From Chrysomallon squamiferum (taxonomy: Eukaryota > Animalia > Mollusca): a stretch of 64,000 nt of DNA. The stretch is from contig CM022674.1 of the NCBI GenBank assembly GCA_012295275.1, positions 5,394,001 through 5,458,000 on the forward strand, in the 5' to 3' direction. Position 1 is the stretch's first letter; each line of letters begins with the position of its first letter. Positions 33,751 to 47,924 of this stretch are shown here, in pieces. Both the position numbers and the translations under genes were made by a program. Below the pieces are notes generated by a model, which saw only the letters and a list, made by a program, of their open reading frames with translations, had not been told where the DNA came from and made no database searches.

Positions 33751-34094
33751 TATCTTTTTTCTTTTTTTCTTTTCGTTTAATTTTCATCCTGTTTACAAAA
33801 AATAGGATACCTGGTATTCTGTAAAGGTATTTTAAATTTTTTTAATGAATTATTACTGATCAAAAGGACCCTCCTTTTAACAACAATATAATAATTTATA
33901 TTTGTGTAATACAGTTTCACTGTTTGTTTTATGTTTTTATGTATGTATTCAGCCTTTATCCAGAACTCCGGTCAATACAAAATGTTGGGCCTCCTTCGGC
34001 GGTGTTGTAGCAGTTGCTGCTGTTGTAGTAGGTGTTGTGTGTAGTTGCAATGGAAGTGATAGGAACATGAGTACTAGGTGTAACAGTAACCGTG

Positions 34095-34419
34095 GTAGTA
34101 GTAGTAGTAATGCTAGTAATAGTAGTAGTAGTAGTAGTAATAGTAGTAGTAGTAGTAGTAGTAGTAATAGTAGTAATAGTAGTAGTAGCATCACTGATGA
34201 TGGTGTTGTAGTATTGATGATGGTGATAGCTGTAGTAGTAGTAGCACTAATGATGGTGTAGTAGTAATAGTAGTAGTAGATGGTAGTAGTAGTAGTAGTA
34301 GTAGTAGCATCACTGATGATGGTGTAGTAGTAGTGATGATGGTGATAGCTGTAGTAGTAGTAAGGCTAATGATGGTGTAGTAGTAATAGTAGTAGTAGAT
34401 GGTAGTAGTAGTAGTAGTA

Positions 34420-34501
<82 letters not shown>

Positions 34502-35800
34502 ATGGTAGTAGTAGTAGTGATGGTAGTAGTAGTAATAGTAGTAGTAGTAGTAGTAGTAGATGGTAGTAGTAGTAGTAGTAGTAGTAGTAGTAAAAGCGAC
34601 TAATAAAGCAGCAGTACTACCAGAAGTAGTAGTATTTCGGACAACAGTGATGACGTCACTGCTGTTATTAGTCAGATTAACTTCTTCAGGGGTCGCATAC
34701 TTAAATGACTTATTTATTAACCGTTTTATCAGTTACACTTTTTTTTCAACTCTCTCTCTCTTTAAATTCACTCTTTTCTCATCGGGGACTTACTTTTGCT
34801 TGCGTACTCATAAAATTTATAAGGTGTAAAGCCAACCAGAATTACATGTTTATCCAACCATTTTCGCAGCCTAAAGCATAAACAGAAAACAGCCTGAAAA
34901 AAAAAAAAAAAAAATGAAAAAAAAAAAAAAAAAAAAAGAAAGAAGAGTAATTTGGAAAAGAAAAATCGACATTTGCATGGTGGGTTTAATTGAAAAGCAA
35001 TTCTTTCCTGAAGTTGTGAGACTTTAGCAAGAAGTGATCTGGGAAATTAGTTTCCATCTTGCAAAGAACTGCTGGGAACGAAAAATCTGTTTATTTATCC
35101 TGGGAAAAAAAAAAGAAGAAGAAAAACGTTCGTGAACTTACTGCAGTTATATACGGCATAGAACTGGTTAAGTCTTAGACTTCGTGATTAATTATTAGGT
35201 GTAAGGATCGGGTCCTGCTACCGTCACAAACCAAAAGTAATTTTTGATGAGTGAAGGAAGATATAAATTTGTTAATCTATTTTTGTTTGTTATTGTTGTT
35301 GTTGTTGTAAATAAATAAGTAACTGAGGTGATAACTGATGTAGTAGTAGTAGTAGTAGCAGCAGCAGCATTGGTAGTAGTAGCTGTTGTAGTAGTACAGT
35401 AGTAGAAGCGGTTGTAGTAGCAGTAGTAATGGTTACAGCAGCAACAGCAATAGTAGTGATAGTAGCACTTGTGGCAGCAGTAATAGTAGTAGTAGTAATA
35501 GTAGTAGCAGTAGTAGAAGTAATAGTAGCAGTAATAGCAATAGCTGTAGTAGTAGTAACAGTACTAGTAGTAATAGTAGAAGCAGTAGTAGTAGTAGAAG
35601 TAATAGTAGTAGTAGTAGCAGTAGTAGTAGTAGTAGTAACAGTACTAGTAGTAATACTAGAAGCAGTAGTAGAAGTAATAGTAGCAGTAATAGCAATAGC
35701 TGTAGTAGTAGTAACAGTACTAATAGTAATAGTAGTAGCATAGTAGAAGTAATAGTTGTAGCAGTAGCAGTAGTAGTAGTAGTAGTAGCAGTAATAATAG
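34095..35800. repeat. (GTA)n tracts at 34095-34592 (with a 119-bp higher-order duplication at 34188/34307) and 35340-35800
   Basis: Direct reading. Confidence 0.92.
35155..35228 (+). mobile_element. Decayed tRNA-derived SINE head (possible)
   Basis: ggcatagaactggttaag (A-box-like) ... ggatcgggtcctgctaccgtcac (B-box-like plus acceptor-arm-like end), tRNA-sized. Confidence 0.28.
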
Positions 35801-36350
35801 TGCTAATAATTCTTAAAGTACATCCAGTGGTGAAAATAAAATCATTTTATTACTTCGTGATGTTATCCGTCACATTATATTGTTTCAATCAATGATATCT
35901 CCCATCTCCGGCTCCCGTTTGGGTTTTACGTTTCATCAAGTGATACAGCGATCTTTGTGAAGTAATTTCCTTTTAATGAAGTCAGTTGTGCGGCCCGATG
36001 AACGATAACAATTTACAGCAGGTTCGTTCTTCTGGAAGGAAAGGCCGACTTAAAGTTTTCTCTAAACGTAATCTGCATAATTATGACAGATCAAACGCTT
36101 TTAGCGTCGTCAGCGTGGAAGATAAATACGCTGACACAGTTTTCATCTTTTATTCGAGCTGCCATCGATTTGAGTGGTTTTTATCACAGAGGACGGTGGG
36201 AGGACATGGGTGCATGGAATGGAATGGAAGACAGAGGAGTGTGTACGGAATGGCTGAGTGATGAGGAGAGGGAGATGGAGAGGGAGGGAGAAAGAGGGAG
36301 AGGGAGGGAGGGGCAGATGGAGAGGGAGAGAGAGAGAGGGAGGGAATCAG

Positions 36351-36460
<110 letters not shown>

Positions 36461-38722
36461 GCTCAGGGCACAGGAAAGGAAAGAGAAAAATAAACGGCTG
36501 ATGGAGATAACGTAAATGACAAGATGGAGAGATTTATAATAAAGACGCACACCCACATACACACACACAGACAGACAACAGACAAAATCAGCAGAGGGAG
36601 AGGAACGGAAACACAAACAGACAGATGGAAAGAAGTGAGTAAAAATAGGAAACAAACAGTCATATATAAAAATAAAAGAAAAATAATAAAAAATAAAAGA
36701 AATAAAAGCCAACCAAAAACAACAGTGTCTAGACTGCTTGCTCCTACATAAACATCAACAAATGAAACTAACAAAACTCTGTTGAAAAACAACCGAACTC
36801 GTTTCCGTTTTCGTATTTTCATTAGACGTAATGACTCGCTCTTGTACGTACGATGTCGTCGAGCTTGTTCCTCTCGGGAGCTAGCATTTCTCCGCGTAAT
36901 AAGGCAAATCCTCTTCGATATTACGATACCTCAATTTACGCACTGGGTTCTCCGCCATTTCAACAACAGGGGCAATAACTCCCAGGCGGTTCAATTAGGA
37001 CGAAAATGGCGACCGCAGATTGCTTGTATTAAACTTAGGAGCGAAGCAATTATTTTTAATTAAAGGATATACCTCTTATTGTCGTGCGATTTATGTAAAA
37101 CGTTTTGTTCGAATGTATATCTGTCTGTCTGTCTGGGTTTTTTTTCTGTCTGTCTGTCTCTTGTTAATTAAACAACCGGAGTTTTTGGCTGTTGCTGCCG
37201 ATGTCCGCAAATGTTTCGTTTACGATATTTGACAGCGTGCACTCCGTCACTTATACGATAGTGGGATCGATAATTGATTATAAAAATGTAACAACAACAG
37301 CAATAACAACAAAATAATAATAATAATAATAATAATAACTAATAACAATAATAATAATAATAATAACTAATAAATAATAATAATAATATTAATAATAATA
37401 ATAATAATAATAATAACTAATAACAATAATAATAATAATAATAATAATAACTAATAAATAATAATAATAATATTAATAATAATAATAATAATAATTACAG
37501 AAGGAAAAAAGAAAGTGAATAAAGAAGGTAATGACTTCAGCAGATAGTTTGAATTGGTTGAAATTTGTTATCTTTTCCCGGTTCGGCGCATACACATCTA
37601 TGTTCAAATGTTTATCATATTAAAGAGCAACAATTCCTCTATTCTATTTGTTTTTTATGAAAGTCCTAATTTTACAACAACAAACACATTTATTTTTTTT
37701 AAGAATCATGTCATTTCACGCACACGCACAGCATGGCGTGCCTTCACGCACGGTTTTCGTTTTTACTCTCCCACGTTTTCACTAATCGCACAAGAAGGTT
37801 TAAAATTAGTTTCATCGTAAAGTGCATGGATTTCCTTTCAATATCAGACTTCTTTCTTTCTTTCTTTCTTAACTGAGCAAAATTTCTAAGTTTCGAAGCC
37901 TTAGAAAACAAGATATGGATTGAAAATTCTCCAACAGTTCGAGAAAAGAAAAAAAACAAACATTTTTTTATAAAATCCCCGATCAAGTATAATTTCTGAA
38001 AAGAGCTTTTCATTGAAATTATCCTCACAACGTCACAGCTTATAAACGCGGGACGCACTAAAATAGAGTCACTCGGAAATGATCCAAGTTCTCACTGGGC
38101 AAATGGATGGGAACGGGTCGTAGAGCAAACCAAACCATGAGCGATGAGTGTGTATTAAAAGACTTACCTTTGAAAAAATATCAGAATAAACCAACGATAA
38201 TTAAAACGAAACTGAGCTGCTGGAGTTAAAAAAAAAAAAAAAAAAAAAATATACTCACGTGGTGATGATCGCCATGTTGCGGGTTTTAATCAGAATAAGT
38301 TTTAACATTATTTTAGTATATCGGCCTAACATTTCAGCTTATTCTGGCGAATAATTGCGTATGTTTTCATAAAAGCTTTTCTCAAATGGAAAAAAAATAA
38401 CAACAACCAAACAATCAACTTGAATGTAATGAATAAGAAAAGTGGGGTTTTTTTTTGAGCACCTGCTAATTTGTTACGTGTTGAAAGTTATCAAATGATG
38501 CACCACCAAATGGCTGCATGCGGAAACCGGATAATCTCCAAGAAGCTGATAATCCCCTTGAGAAATCCAAACTGAAATATACGTAGCTCTATAAGTATAT
38601 TGCTGTCTCAGAATAGACATTATTTATTTCCGTGTGACTTTTTTTGCGTGAAATGATCTAGAGTATATGAAGATTAAATTTTGGATACCAGTATCTAAAT
38701 AAAGAAAAAGGAGATTATTATT

Positions 38723-38757
<35 letters not shown>

Positions 38758-39199
38758 TATTATTGCTGTTGTTATTATCATTGTAGCCATCACTTTAGTT
38801 GAAGTTTTTTTTTTTTTTTTTTTTTTTTTTTGATGATGGAAACAATTTCCCTTATCTTCATCTTCGTCTAATTTTTGTTATTATTGCTATTACCATAATT
38901 TTCGTCATTATCATCATCATCAACAACATCGTTAACAACGACGGCGATGACATATGTTGTTGGCAAAGCGACAAACACGTCGTAAACAACCGGATTTAAC
39001 ATGTGTGAACAGCCGTACCGAAAGTCCCAGCTGTTGACGTAGTTGTTGTCATCAGTGTAGTCATCAATGTAGTCAAGACACTTTCTGCACCCGTTGTAAC
39101 AGAAACAGTAAGTAAAATAAATCAATAAACAGCTTGAAACGTTCATACAAGAATACTGGGACAATTAAAATATTATTATAATAATAACGTTTATCTGGA

Positions 39200-39286
<87 letters not shown>

Positions 39287-39984
39287 TAGATATTAATATA
39301 AATAACAAACAAACAAACACACAAGTAAAGGAAACTGCAGATTTTATGAATAAAATATTATTTAATTTACGACGGAAAATAACGCATTTATCCGAAACGA
39401 TTTTACAATCTCATTATTATGACGTAATAATGAATTACGTCACACGTTTTTCTGTGTAACGTAGGCTGTACTAATTTATTTATTTATTTATTAGCAGCAG
39501 AATACATTAATATTAAACAAAACTCAAGAACAAAAAAGGAACAACACAAAAACTATAAATCTGTTTCTTGTTTCTCCAACATTATCGACAAAATTAGATC
39601 TAATAATACAATAATCAGAAGTAAATAAATAAAATGAAACTTTAAATTCTTTCCGGCATTAAAAACGTAATTTCTCTAATACTACCGTTTTTTTTTCATC
39701 TTCTTCTTCTTCTTCTTTTTACTATTATAATTATTATTTTTTTGTTGTTGTTAGTATTAGTATTAGTATTAGAATTCCACCAAGGTAATACACTAAGTAT
39801 TCTGGTGTGCATTTCTTTACTAACGCGTGCATCATGAAAAGCCAAATTCGATCTTTGCGCCACAAACGTGGCAAAAAGAGCCCATTCGATTGAATAACCC
39901 CGAACTTAAACTTAGACAATTGGGCTTCGATTCCAGTGCTATAGAATTCATTACTCTTCGTAATACGTTAAATGACATTTTCAG

Positions 39985-40032
<48 letters not shown>

Positions 40033-40119
40033 AAGCGAAAGAGCTCAATCCAAGGGAGTTAACTCCGCTTCCATTGAAAGGAGGAGGGATTTGGGACTCG
40101 ACTGAAGGCTGGAAACAAA

Positions 40120-40440
40120 CCAATGCTACGAACGCAGTTTGCATTGGAAAACGCGTGCCAATCGAAAACGTATTTGCAGCGCGAGATCGATTTGTTTCCG
40201 AGCGCCACCTATCGGCCGATCCGACTGCCGTACACTTTTCGTAACTCATCGTGGTTTTCTGTTAAAATTTTTCACCGGATACGTCTGTTCGTTTCACATA
40301 GTTTTGGGCTAAAAAATTTGCATCGTTATTTATAGAGACATACACGTATAGTGACAGTTATTTATTTATTTATTCATTTAGTTATTTATTTATTTATTTA
40401 TTTCACTGTTTTCTGCGACAACTGCCTGTAAAAGGTAAGT
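40120..40440 (+). promoter_or_regulatory. Promoter/insulator-like island: three CCAAT boxes, CTCF-like motif and strong splice donor
   Basis: CCAAT 40120, ATTGG 40143, CCAAT 40158. AGCGCCACCTATCGGCC at 40201-40217 reads GGCCGATAGGTGGCGCT on the minus strand. Donor AAG|GTAAGT after 40434. Confidence 0.45.
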
Positions 40441-40807
40441 GCTCTCTTTTTATTATATATGTTTGTAAAATTATTTGTCTGTAAATATTTCATAAAGAAA
40501 CTTGTTCCGAAAGATATTGTTTGTATTCTTAGCTTCGCTGGTAGTAAGGTGAAGGCACGTGCGCGTCACGTTTTGCTCGTGCTTGGAGATTCCGAGGGGG
40601 GGTGGGGGTGAGGGGGGTTGTATTTTTGACACCGTTAAAACTAAGGATGCATGGTTTTACCGTGTGGGTTTTTTTTTTTTTTTTTTTTTTTTTTTCAAGC
40701 TTTATTGTCGAGAATTTTCTCCGAAAAGTGTACATTTTGTTTTAATAATTTTAACAGAATATTTTTTTACTTCGAGCGAATGCAGAACTTTTTTGTTTGT
40801 TTGTTTC

Positions 40808-40851
<44 letters not shown>

Positions 40852-42285
40852 CGAAAATGTCAATTATTTGAATTTGTAATATCTTTCAAAACTGTTACGG
40901 CAGAAACAATCACAACACCAATTTACTACTGCTACTGTTATTAGATTTACAACTACTACGACCATTATTATTACTAATACAACTATTAGTTACTACCGCA
41001 ACTCCTACTATTACTATTACTACTACTACTATTTTTACTACTACGATTATTATTGCTACTACTACAACTACTTCTACTACTTCTATTACTACTATTACAA
41101 CTATTACTTCAACTTCTACTAGTATTATTATTATTATTACTTTTATTATTATTACTTTTACAACCATTACTAATATCACTACTAGTACTATTATCACTAT
41201 TCCTATTAAAACTGCAGCTATACTATTATCGCTACAACTACTACTATCATTATCAGCACCATCATCTTTATTACAGCATTTGCTATGAGTATGCAAAGCG
41301 TGCTTGAATGTATATATTACAATGCACATAAAAACAGAAAATGGATGTGTATAACATTAGAATTACTTAATATAAAGGAACACAGATATCTGGAGAATGT
41401 CTTGAATGTTGTAGAACATGTATATCCCAGGTAATACGATTATCATATGTTTGATTTAAAGTATCGCAGACGAATATGCAAAACTGAACGAATACACAAA
41501 ACGTGTTTGAGTAAGAATTGAGGAGCATAAACGATGTAAATATACATGGCTAAGCGAAAACGCATAACTGCATCAAACAGAATGATTTATCTGAATGCGT
41601 TAAGAGTTGCAGACACGAAATAAACTGCATAAATATCCAAGACTGAGTGAAGTTAAATAAACAAGAAAATAAACAAATAAATAAATAAATAGATCATCAT
41701 CATGTATATTAATAACCTCATAAATACAATTCATTTATGAATATGCAAAACGCCGTTAAAAAAAAAAAAAAAATTTAAAAACTTATTTTCTTTCTTAAGG
41801 TATTGGTTGGTCTGTAAGAAATTTAGCAGCAACTAACCATCCAGGACAAACTGAAACATTCTCACATGCTGAATACAAATACAATACACCAACAGCTAAC
41901 GTAAAAAACCAAAACTTAAAGCATTTCAATACTCTTCTACTTCCCGTTCTAACAAACGACCCAGAAGTTGTCTTTTATCAAATTCTCGTTATATGAATTC
42001 AGCTGCGTTAAAACGTTAGTGTGTAAAAAGGTTGTGTGTCGTATGAGCTGTAAAAAAAAACACAAAAAAAAAACACAAAGTGCGTGAAAAAAAGATCGCT
42101 TGGTTTCAGCAAGAACACATATTTTGAAGGTGTTCGGCAAGTAATTTGTTTTTCATGTTGCTGTTAATAAATGACATAAGCGGTAATAGATGAGGTTGGA
42201 TCAATATACATGTGGCGCCTGATTCTGTTCTGTTATTGTTTTTTGTTGTTGCTGCTGCTAATATTGTTGCTGTTGTTGTTGTTGC

Positions 42286-42347
<62 letters not shown>

Positions 42348-42410
42348 GTTAAACGTTACTATTATTATTATTACTACTATCGTGACCATTGTCATTATCA
42401 TCTTCGTCAA

Positions 42411-42460
<50 letters not shown>

Positions 42461-42517
42461 GTTAAACACTATTATTATTATTACTATCGTGACCATTGTC
42501 ATTATCATCTTCGTCAA

Positions 42518-42525
<8 letters not shown>
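42348..42525. repeat. 113-bp tandem duplication within an (ATT)n tract
   Basis: gttaaac...tactatcgtgaccattgtcattatcatcttcgtcaaca at 42348 and 42461. Confidence 0.9.
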
Positions 42526-42583
<58 letters not shown>

Positions 42584-42609
42584 TATTATTAACAAACATG
42601 AATTAGTTT

Positions 42610-44035
42610 CAAAACAAAATTAAATTATTTTATGAAGCCTCAGGGCTTTGTTTTTCCACTAACAACTCGCTTTATAGGATTCCGAATCCAATAAGATCGA
42701 AAAATAATTATTATTTTCCTTTTAAGTAAAACGATACACAAAATATTTTTAACAAAATCTGATCGTAAAAAACGTACAAAAGAAGAAAAAAACGTCGAGT
42801 CGTTTGAGAAAGTTTTAATTGTACGTTTACTGACGTTTTGAGGAGAAACTTTGTAGCAAAGTAACGATGACTTTCATTTGTGTTTTCTTCTTTCTTCTTT
42901 TTGTTGATTTGGGTTTCTTTGTTAATACCTTTGTTGTCCTGTTCTTTATTCTTTTTGTGTGATTATTAGTAATGTTGTTGTTCCTGCTGTAGATGTAGTT
43001 GTGATTGTCATCATCATCATCATTATTATTATTATTATTATTATTATTAAGACTACTATTATAATTATCAAAATTATCATCATCATCATTATTATTATTG
43101 TTTTTCATATTACTATTACTATTGCTGTTGTTATTATTTTATTATTATTGTTATTAACATTATCATTATTATTTTAATTATTATTGTTATTAACATTATC
43201 AGCTTCGTGGTCGGCATTACGATCATCATCATCAAAATCATTCTTGTTGTTATTGCTATTAGTAGTAGTAGTAGTAGTATGTATAGTATTTTGTTGCTGT
43301 TTTTATTAATCATCATCATACTTATTGCTCTGCACGTTTGAAGAGATAAAACTAACTCTTACAACAAACACGGATTACGGCGAGTTTAGCTCAGAAATGA
43401 AAACGAGACTTGACGTATGATATTCACAAACGAGAAATCTGATAACTAATTACTTCATTTCACTCCATGAGGAAAAAGTTTGATCTCAAATTAGCAAATG
43501 TAACATTATTTCTGTCTTGTTTTTAGAACGCTCGAATATCTCTTTGCACTTCGGTGTTAAAATTAATGTGTTGTGTTCACAGCTTCTGAACACGTTCTGT
43601 GGTGAAAGTTAAGACACAGCACCAGTTGTAGCGTGGTCAAAGATGGTGATGTGTTTTAGGTGTCAACAAACAGAGAGTAAATTTCACGAGTGAAAGACCG
43701 ATGTCATATCTGTGTTTGTAAGTGTCTGTCTGTGTGTCTGTGCATGTGTGTGTGTGTATATGTGTGTTAAGACACAGTATCAGTTGCAGTTGATGTGTTT
43801 TAGGTGTCAACAAACAGAGAGTAAATTTCACGAGTGAAAGACCGATGTCATATCTGTGTTTGTAAGTGTCTGTCTGTGTGTCTGTGCATGTGTGTGTGTG
43901 TGTGTATGTGTGTGTTAAGACACAGTATCAGTTGTAGTGTAGGCAAAGACTGTGATGTGTTTTAGGTGTTAACATACAGAGAGTAAATTTCACGAGTGAA
44001 AGAACGATGTCATATCTGTGTTTGTAAGTGTCTGT
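42610..44035 (-). repeat. Right arm of long inverted repeat (partner 31596-32930)
   Basis: Reverse complement of the left arm. The outer end has ~2.6 copies of the sub-repeat gatgtgttttaggtgtYaacaWacagagagtaaatttcacgagtgaaaga, starting at 43648, 43792 and 43954, then fades into (TATG)n. Confidence 0.97.
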
Positions 44036-45260
44036 ATGTGTATGTATTTTGTATGTGTATATATATATGTGTTGTCTGTGTGAGTGTGTGTGTATATACA
44101 TATGTGTATGTGTGTGTGTGTGTGTGTGTGAGTATATCTATGCATATGTGTTTTTGTATGTATATGTGTGTATGTGTGTGTATGTAAATGTGTGTGTATG
44201 TGTGGGTATGGATGTATGCATGCATGTATGTATATATCTATGCATGTATGTATATATGTATGTATGTGTATGTATGTATGCATGCATGTATGTATGTATG
44301 TATGTATGTATGCATGTATGTATGTATGTATGTATGTTTGTGTGTGTATGTATGTGTGTATGTATGTATGTATGTATGTATGTATGTATGAGTGTATGCA
44401 TGCATGTATGTAACATCCTCACACACACATTAAGGAATAGAACTACAAACGTGCATAACTTTCACCAACCTGGTATCAAATAACTATTCGAGCCACGCCT
44501 GTTGCGGGATCGATCCTCGATTAATCGCCTGCTGAATTCAGAACAAAAAAAAAAACAGAAAAAAAAAAAGGTGACCAAATGTTTTGACATCCATTACGCG
44601 TGAGATGAGAAGAGGACAAGAACACGCGACTCTAGCGCACGCACAAACTGATAACAGATCTGGTTTGTCTTTGATCAGTGGCAATGTGCTTATTACGCAT
44701 GACCTCGGTGACTGCGTCCTGACAAAAGCGAGACAATTTGACGAAGCAGAGAATATCGAGATTACGTAACGTAATCGATCATTTCGAAGAATTCGTTCGT
44801 CGAGCTCCGTTTGAATTGCGGGGTCGGGGTGCGTCGGAGATTGGTAACGTGTGCAAAATAACGAGCCGGGGGAGAAGCCGGGCAAATTACAGATGTCTGC
44901 TGTCTTCTTGTTTCTGTTCGTCTTTCGTGTGTCTTGTCTTTGTTTAACAGAGAGATGGGTGGGGGAGGTTAGGGGAGATTGAGATGGCAAGAGAGAGAAT
45001 TATGTGAGTGAGAGAGTAAGAGAGAACGAGGGACACAGAAAACGAAAAGACAGTGATAGATAGATAGATACGTACATACATACGATGATGGATGGATGAA
45101 TGGATATATTTCTTAGTTCTTTACGTAAATTCAAATTAGTTTTTGATGAATAATTCATCGTTCAGCTTTCTGTAAATTATTTAACAGTGATTTTTTTGCT
45201 GTCCCTTATTTCAACGTTCAAAGAAAGCAGTGATTATATATCTATCAGAAACACAGTGCA

Positions 45261-45735
45261 TCATCAGTCAACAACAAAACATTATTAACAAAAGAAAAGA
45301 AAAGAAAGAAAAGAAATACCAAAAAAATAGACTTTAAATTCAAGCCAAAACCTTTATTGTGATCAGTCAAAGGAAAAACAACTTACAATCGGTCAAATTT
45401 TTTTTTACATATTATTCCTTCTACATCATCAAAGAAAAAACTTTTAGGCCAAAATCTTTTATATCATTTTTTTGTTTTTTGTTTTACATTATCAGTCATA
45501 GAAAGAAAACAAAACTTAAATTCAAGCCGCAAAAACCTCTCATATGTTCAGTCAAAGAAAACAACAACAAAAAAAAAAAACTTAAATTCAAGACGAAAAC
45601 CTCTCATATCAGTCAAAGAAAAAAAACAACAAAAAAAAAATTAAATTTAAGACGAAAATCTCTCCTATCATCAGTCAAAGAAAAAAAAAAAAAAAAAAAA
45701 AAAAAAACTTAAATTTCAAGCCGAAAACCTTTTAT
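45261..45735 (+). repeat. Degenerate minisatellite, ~7 units of ~55-100 bp
   Basis: Unit ATCAGTCAAAG-(A-rich tract)-ACTTAAATTCAAGMCGAAAACCTYT; starts near 45263, 45362, 45425, 45491, 45547, 45608 and 45670. Confidence 0.85.
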
Positions 45736-46850
45736 TTTATTCCTACACTGTTCTTCTGTCTTTTTTAATCTTCCATCACATCATATCACCACAGCATCTC
45801 ATCGGTCGTACTTTCCCGTGAATCCAGCGAACGATCAGCGCGTTGTTGTTGTTGACGACGTTTCAGCACACGCGAAAAACGACGACGACGACGACCGAGT
45901 CACAGCAGCAATCACAGCGCCCGTGTTTGCAAGCCCGCTGTGACATGGAAAGCATTTACTCCGTTTAACGCGGCTGCGAGGGTAAATTGCTCCGATGAAC
46001 AAAAGCCGCTGCGTTCCGAAGAATGGGGGCACGATAATTGCCGACGTTGTGCGGCTTTTCGCGATCTCGTCTCGAGCTATTTTCGTGTTACTTACCGCGT
46101 TTCTGCGGAACCAGTTTTGCTATTCGTAGTCCAGTAATCACGTGGTTTTTCTAGGGGTTTTTTTAAATTGTTATTATTATTTTTATTTGTTTTGTTTGCT
46201 CAGTATGATATGATTAGATTTTTTTTTTAATAATGCTATAATGTTCAAGAAGAAAATGATGATGATGATGACGGTGATGATTATGAAGACGTTAATGATG
46301 ATGATGATTATGATGACGATAACGATAACCCTAATAATGACGATGACGATAATGATCATCATTTTTGACTACGATTTTGACCATATATCGATGATGATGA
46401 TGATGATTACTAAAGAATGTAGTACGGAATCCATTAGCTGTTTTGAACGAATATGTTTAAAGATAAGTCTGCAATTATGTCAGCACTTTTTCCTAATCTC
46501 TCCCATTTCTTTGATTGAATAGGTATGTTCCATTTGAAAAGAACGCATTTTCAAAGAGTTTTATTAAATATAAATATGTTTGCTTGTTTGTTTGGTTTGT
46601 GTTTTAGTGAAGCTTTGTTCTTATTATTATTTATTTTTTTATTGCGCTTTTTCAAACATTATATTAAGTAAATGGTTATTTATTCAGTAAATATCGATTC
46701 AGTAGAAATATTTGTTTCTTTCTTTTCTAGAAAATAGGTCGATTTCTACAGTTCACCTAACACTGGTCAAATAATATTATGTAGATCTTTTTTTTTCTAT
46801 CTCTCTTTGTTCAAGATCATTAACCTTTTCCGAATTTTATTTATTTATTT

Positions 46851-46882
<32 letters not shown>

Positions 46883-47324
46883 CGATCTTTAAAAAGCAAT
46901 AAAAAAAAAAAGAAAAAAAAAAAAATGTAAAATAATAACAATAATAATAATAATAATCAGAAGAAGAAGAAGAAAAATAAAGAAAAAAAAAAAAAAAGAA
47001 GAAAAAAAAAAAAATAATTAAAGTAAAAAGAAAAGAAAGATAACCATAAAGCGAAATAATTGATGCTTTCAGGAATAAAGGAGGAAACTGAAGCGAACAA
47101 AAGTATGAAACAACATCCGGTAGCTAAAGGCCATACAACAGCATCAATTAGACATTTTTTATTTGATTTGACGTGGAAATTCAAGCCACCGTCATATAAA
47201 AATGTTTTATAGGCCTTCTGTTATTCTTTAGAAATTGTTCGTTTCTTTATACATCGATCTTCTTTTGAAATGCTAATGGTTTTAATTTATTTAATGCGAA
47301 TCTCAATGACTTTGTTTTGTTCAG

Positions 47325-47453
47325 GTGAATGTTGGAAGTTATTGCCTAGGTGAATATGTAACATTGCGATGTTTGAAAAACGAGCCTGTTCGTGTGGGAA
47401 GGACGTAAAAGTAGGTTGCTTTAATTGGTTTACCTGGTTTAGCAATCATGCAG
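47325..47453 (+). other. Candidate 129-nt non-coding (UTR or lncRNA) exon
   Basis: Acceptor tgactttgttttgttcag, donor CAG|gtaaat, stops in all three frames, ends ...aatcATGCAG. Confidence 0.3.
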
Positions 47454-47483
47454 GTAAATACAAATAAAAACAATAACGGTAAT

Positions 47484-47515
<32 letters not shown>

Positions 47516-47793
47516 TGATGATGATGATGATGAGGAAGAATAAGAAAAATAAGTGAAATAACAACTACAACTACGACAACAATAACATGATCAGTGTATT
47601 GGTACTATGGTTTCAGAAACTATAATATAAAGTAATAAAGTAATAACAGAAGATTCAATGGTAACAACGACGACGACAACAAAAACAACAGTAGTAATGA
47701 TAATAATAGTAAAGAATTAATTGTTCATTATATATGTCACTGTATGTGTGAGAGGGGGAGGGAGAGGGAGAGGGAGAGAGAGAGAGAGGGAGA

Positions 47794-47924
<131 letters not shown>

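Noticed and set aside
41440-41760. Recurrent gaatatgcaaaac / aactgcat strings suggesting a degenerate array
   Set aside because: Only two clear 13-bp copies and no consistent period could be established by eye.
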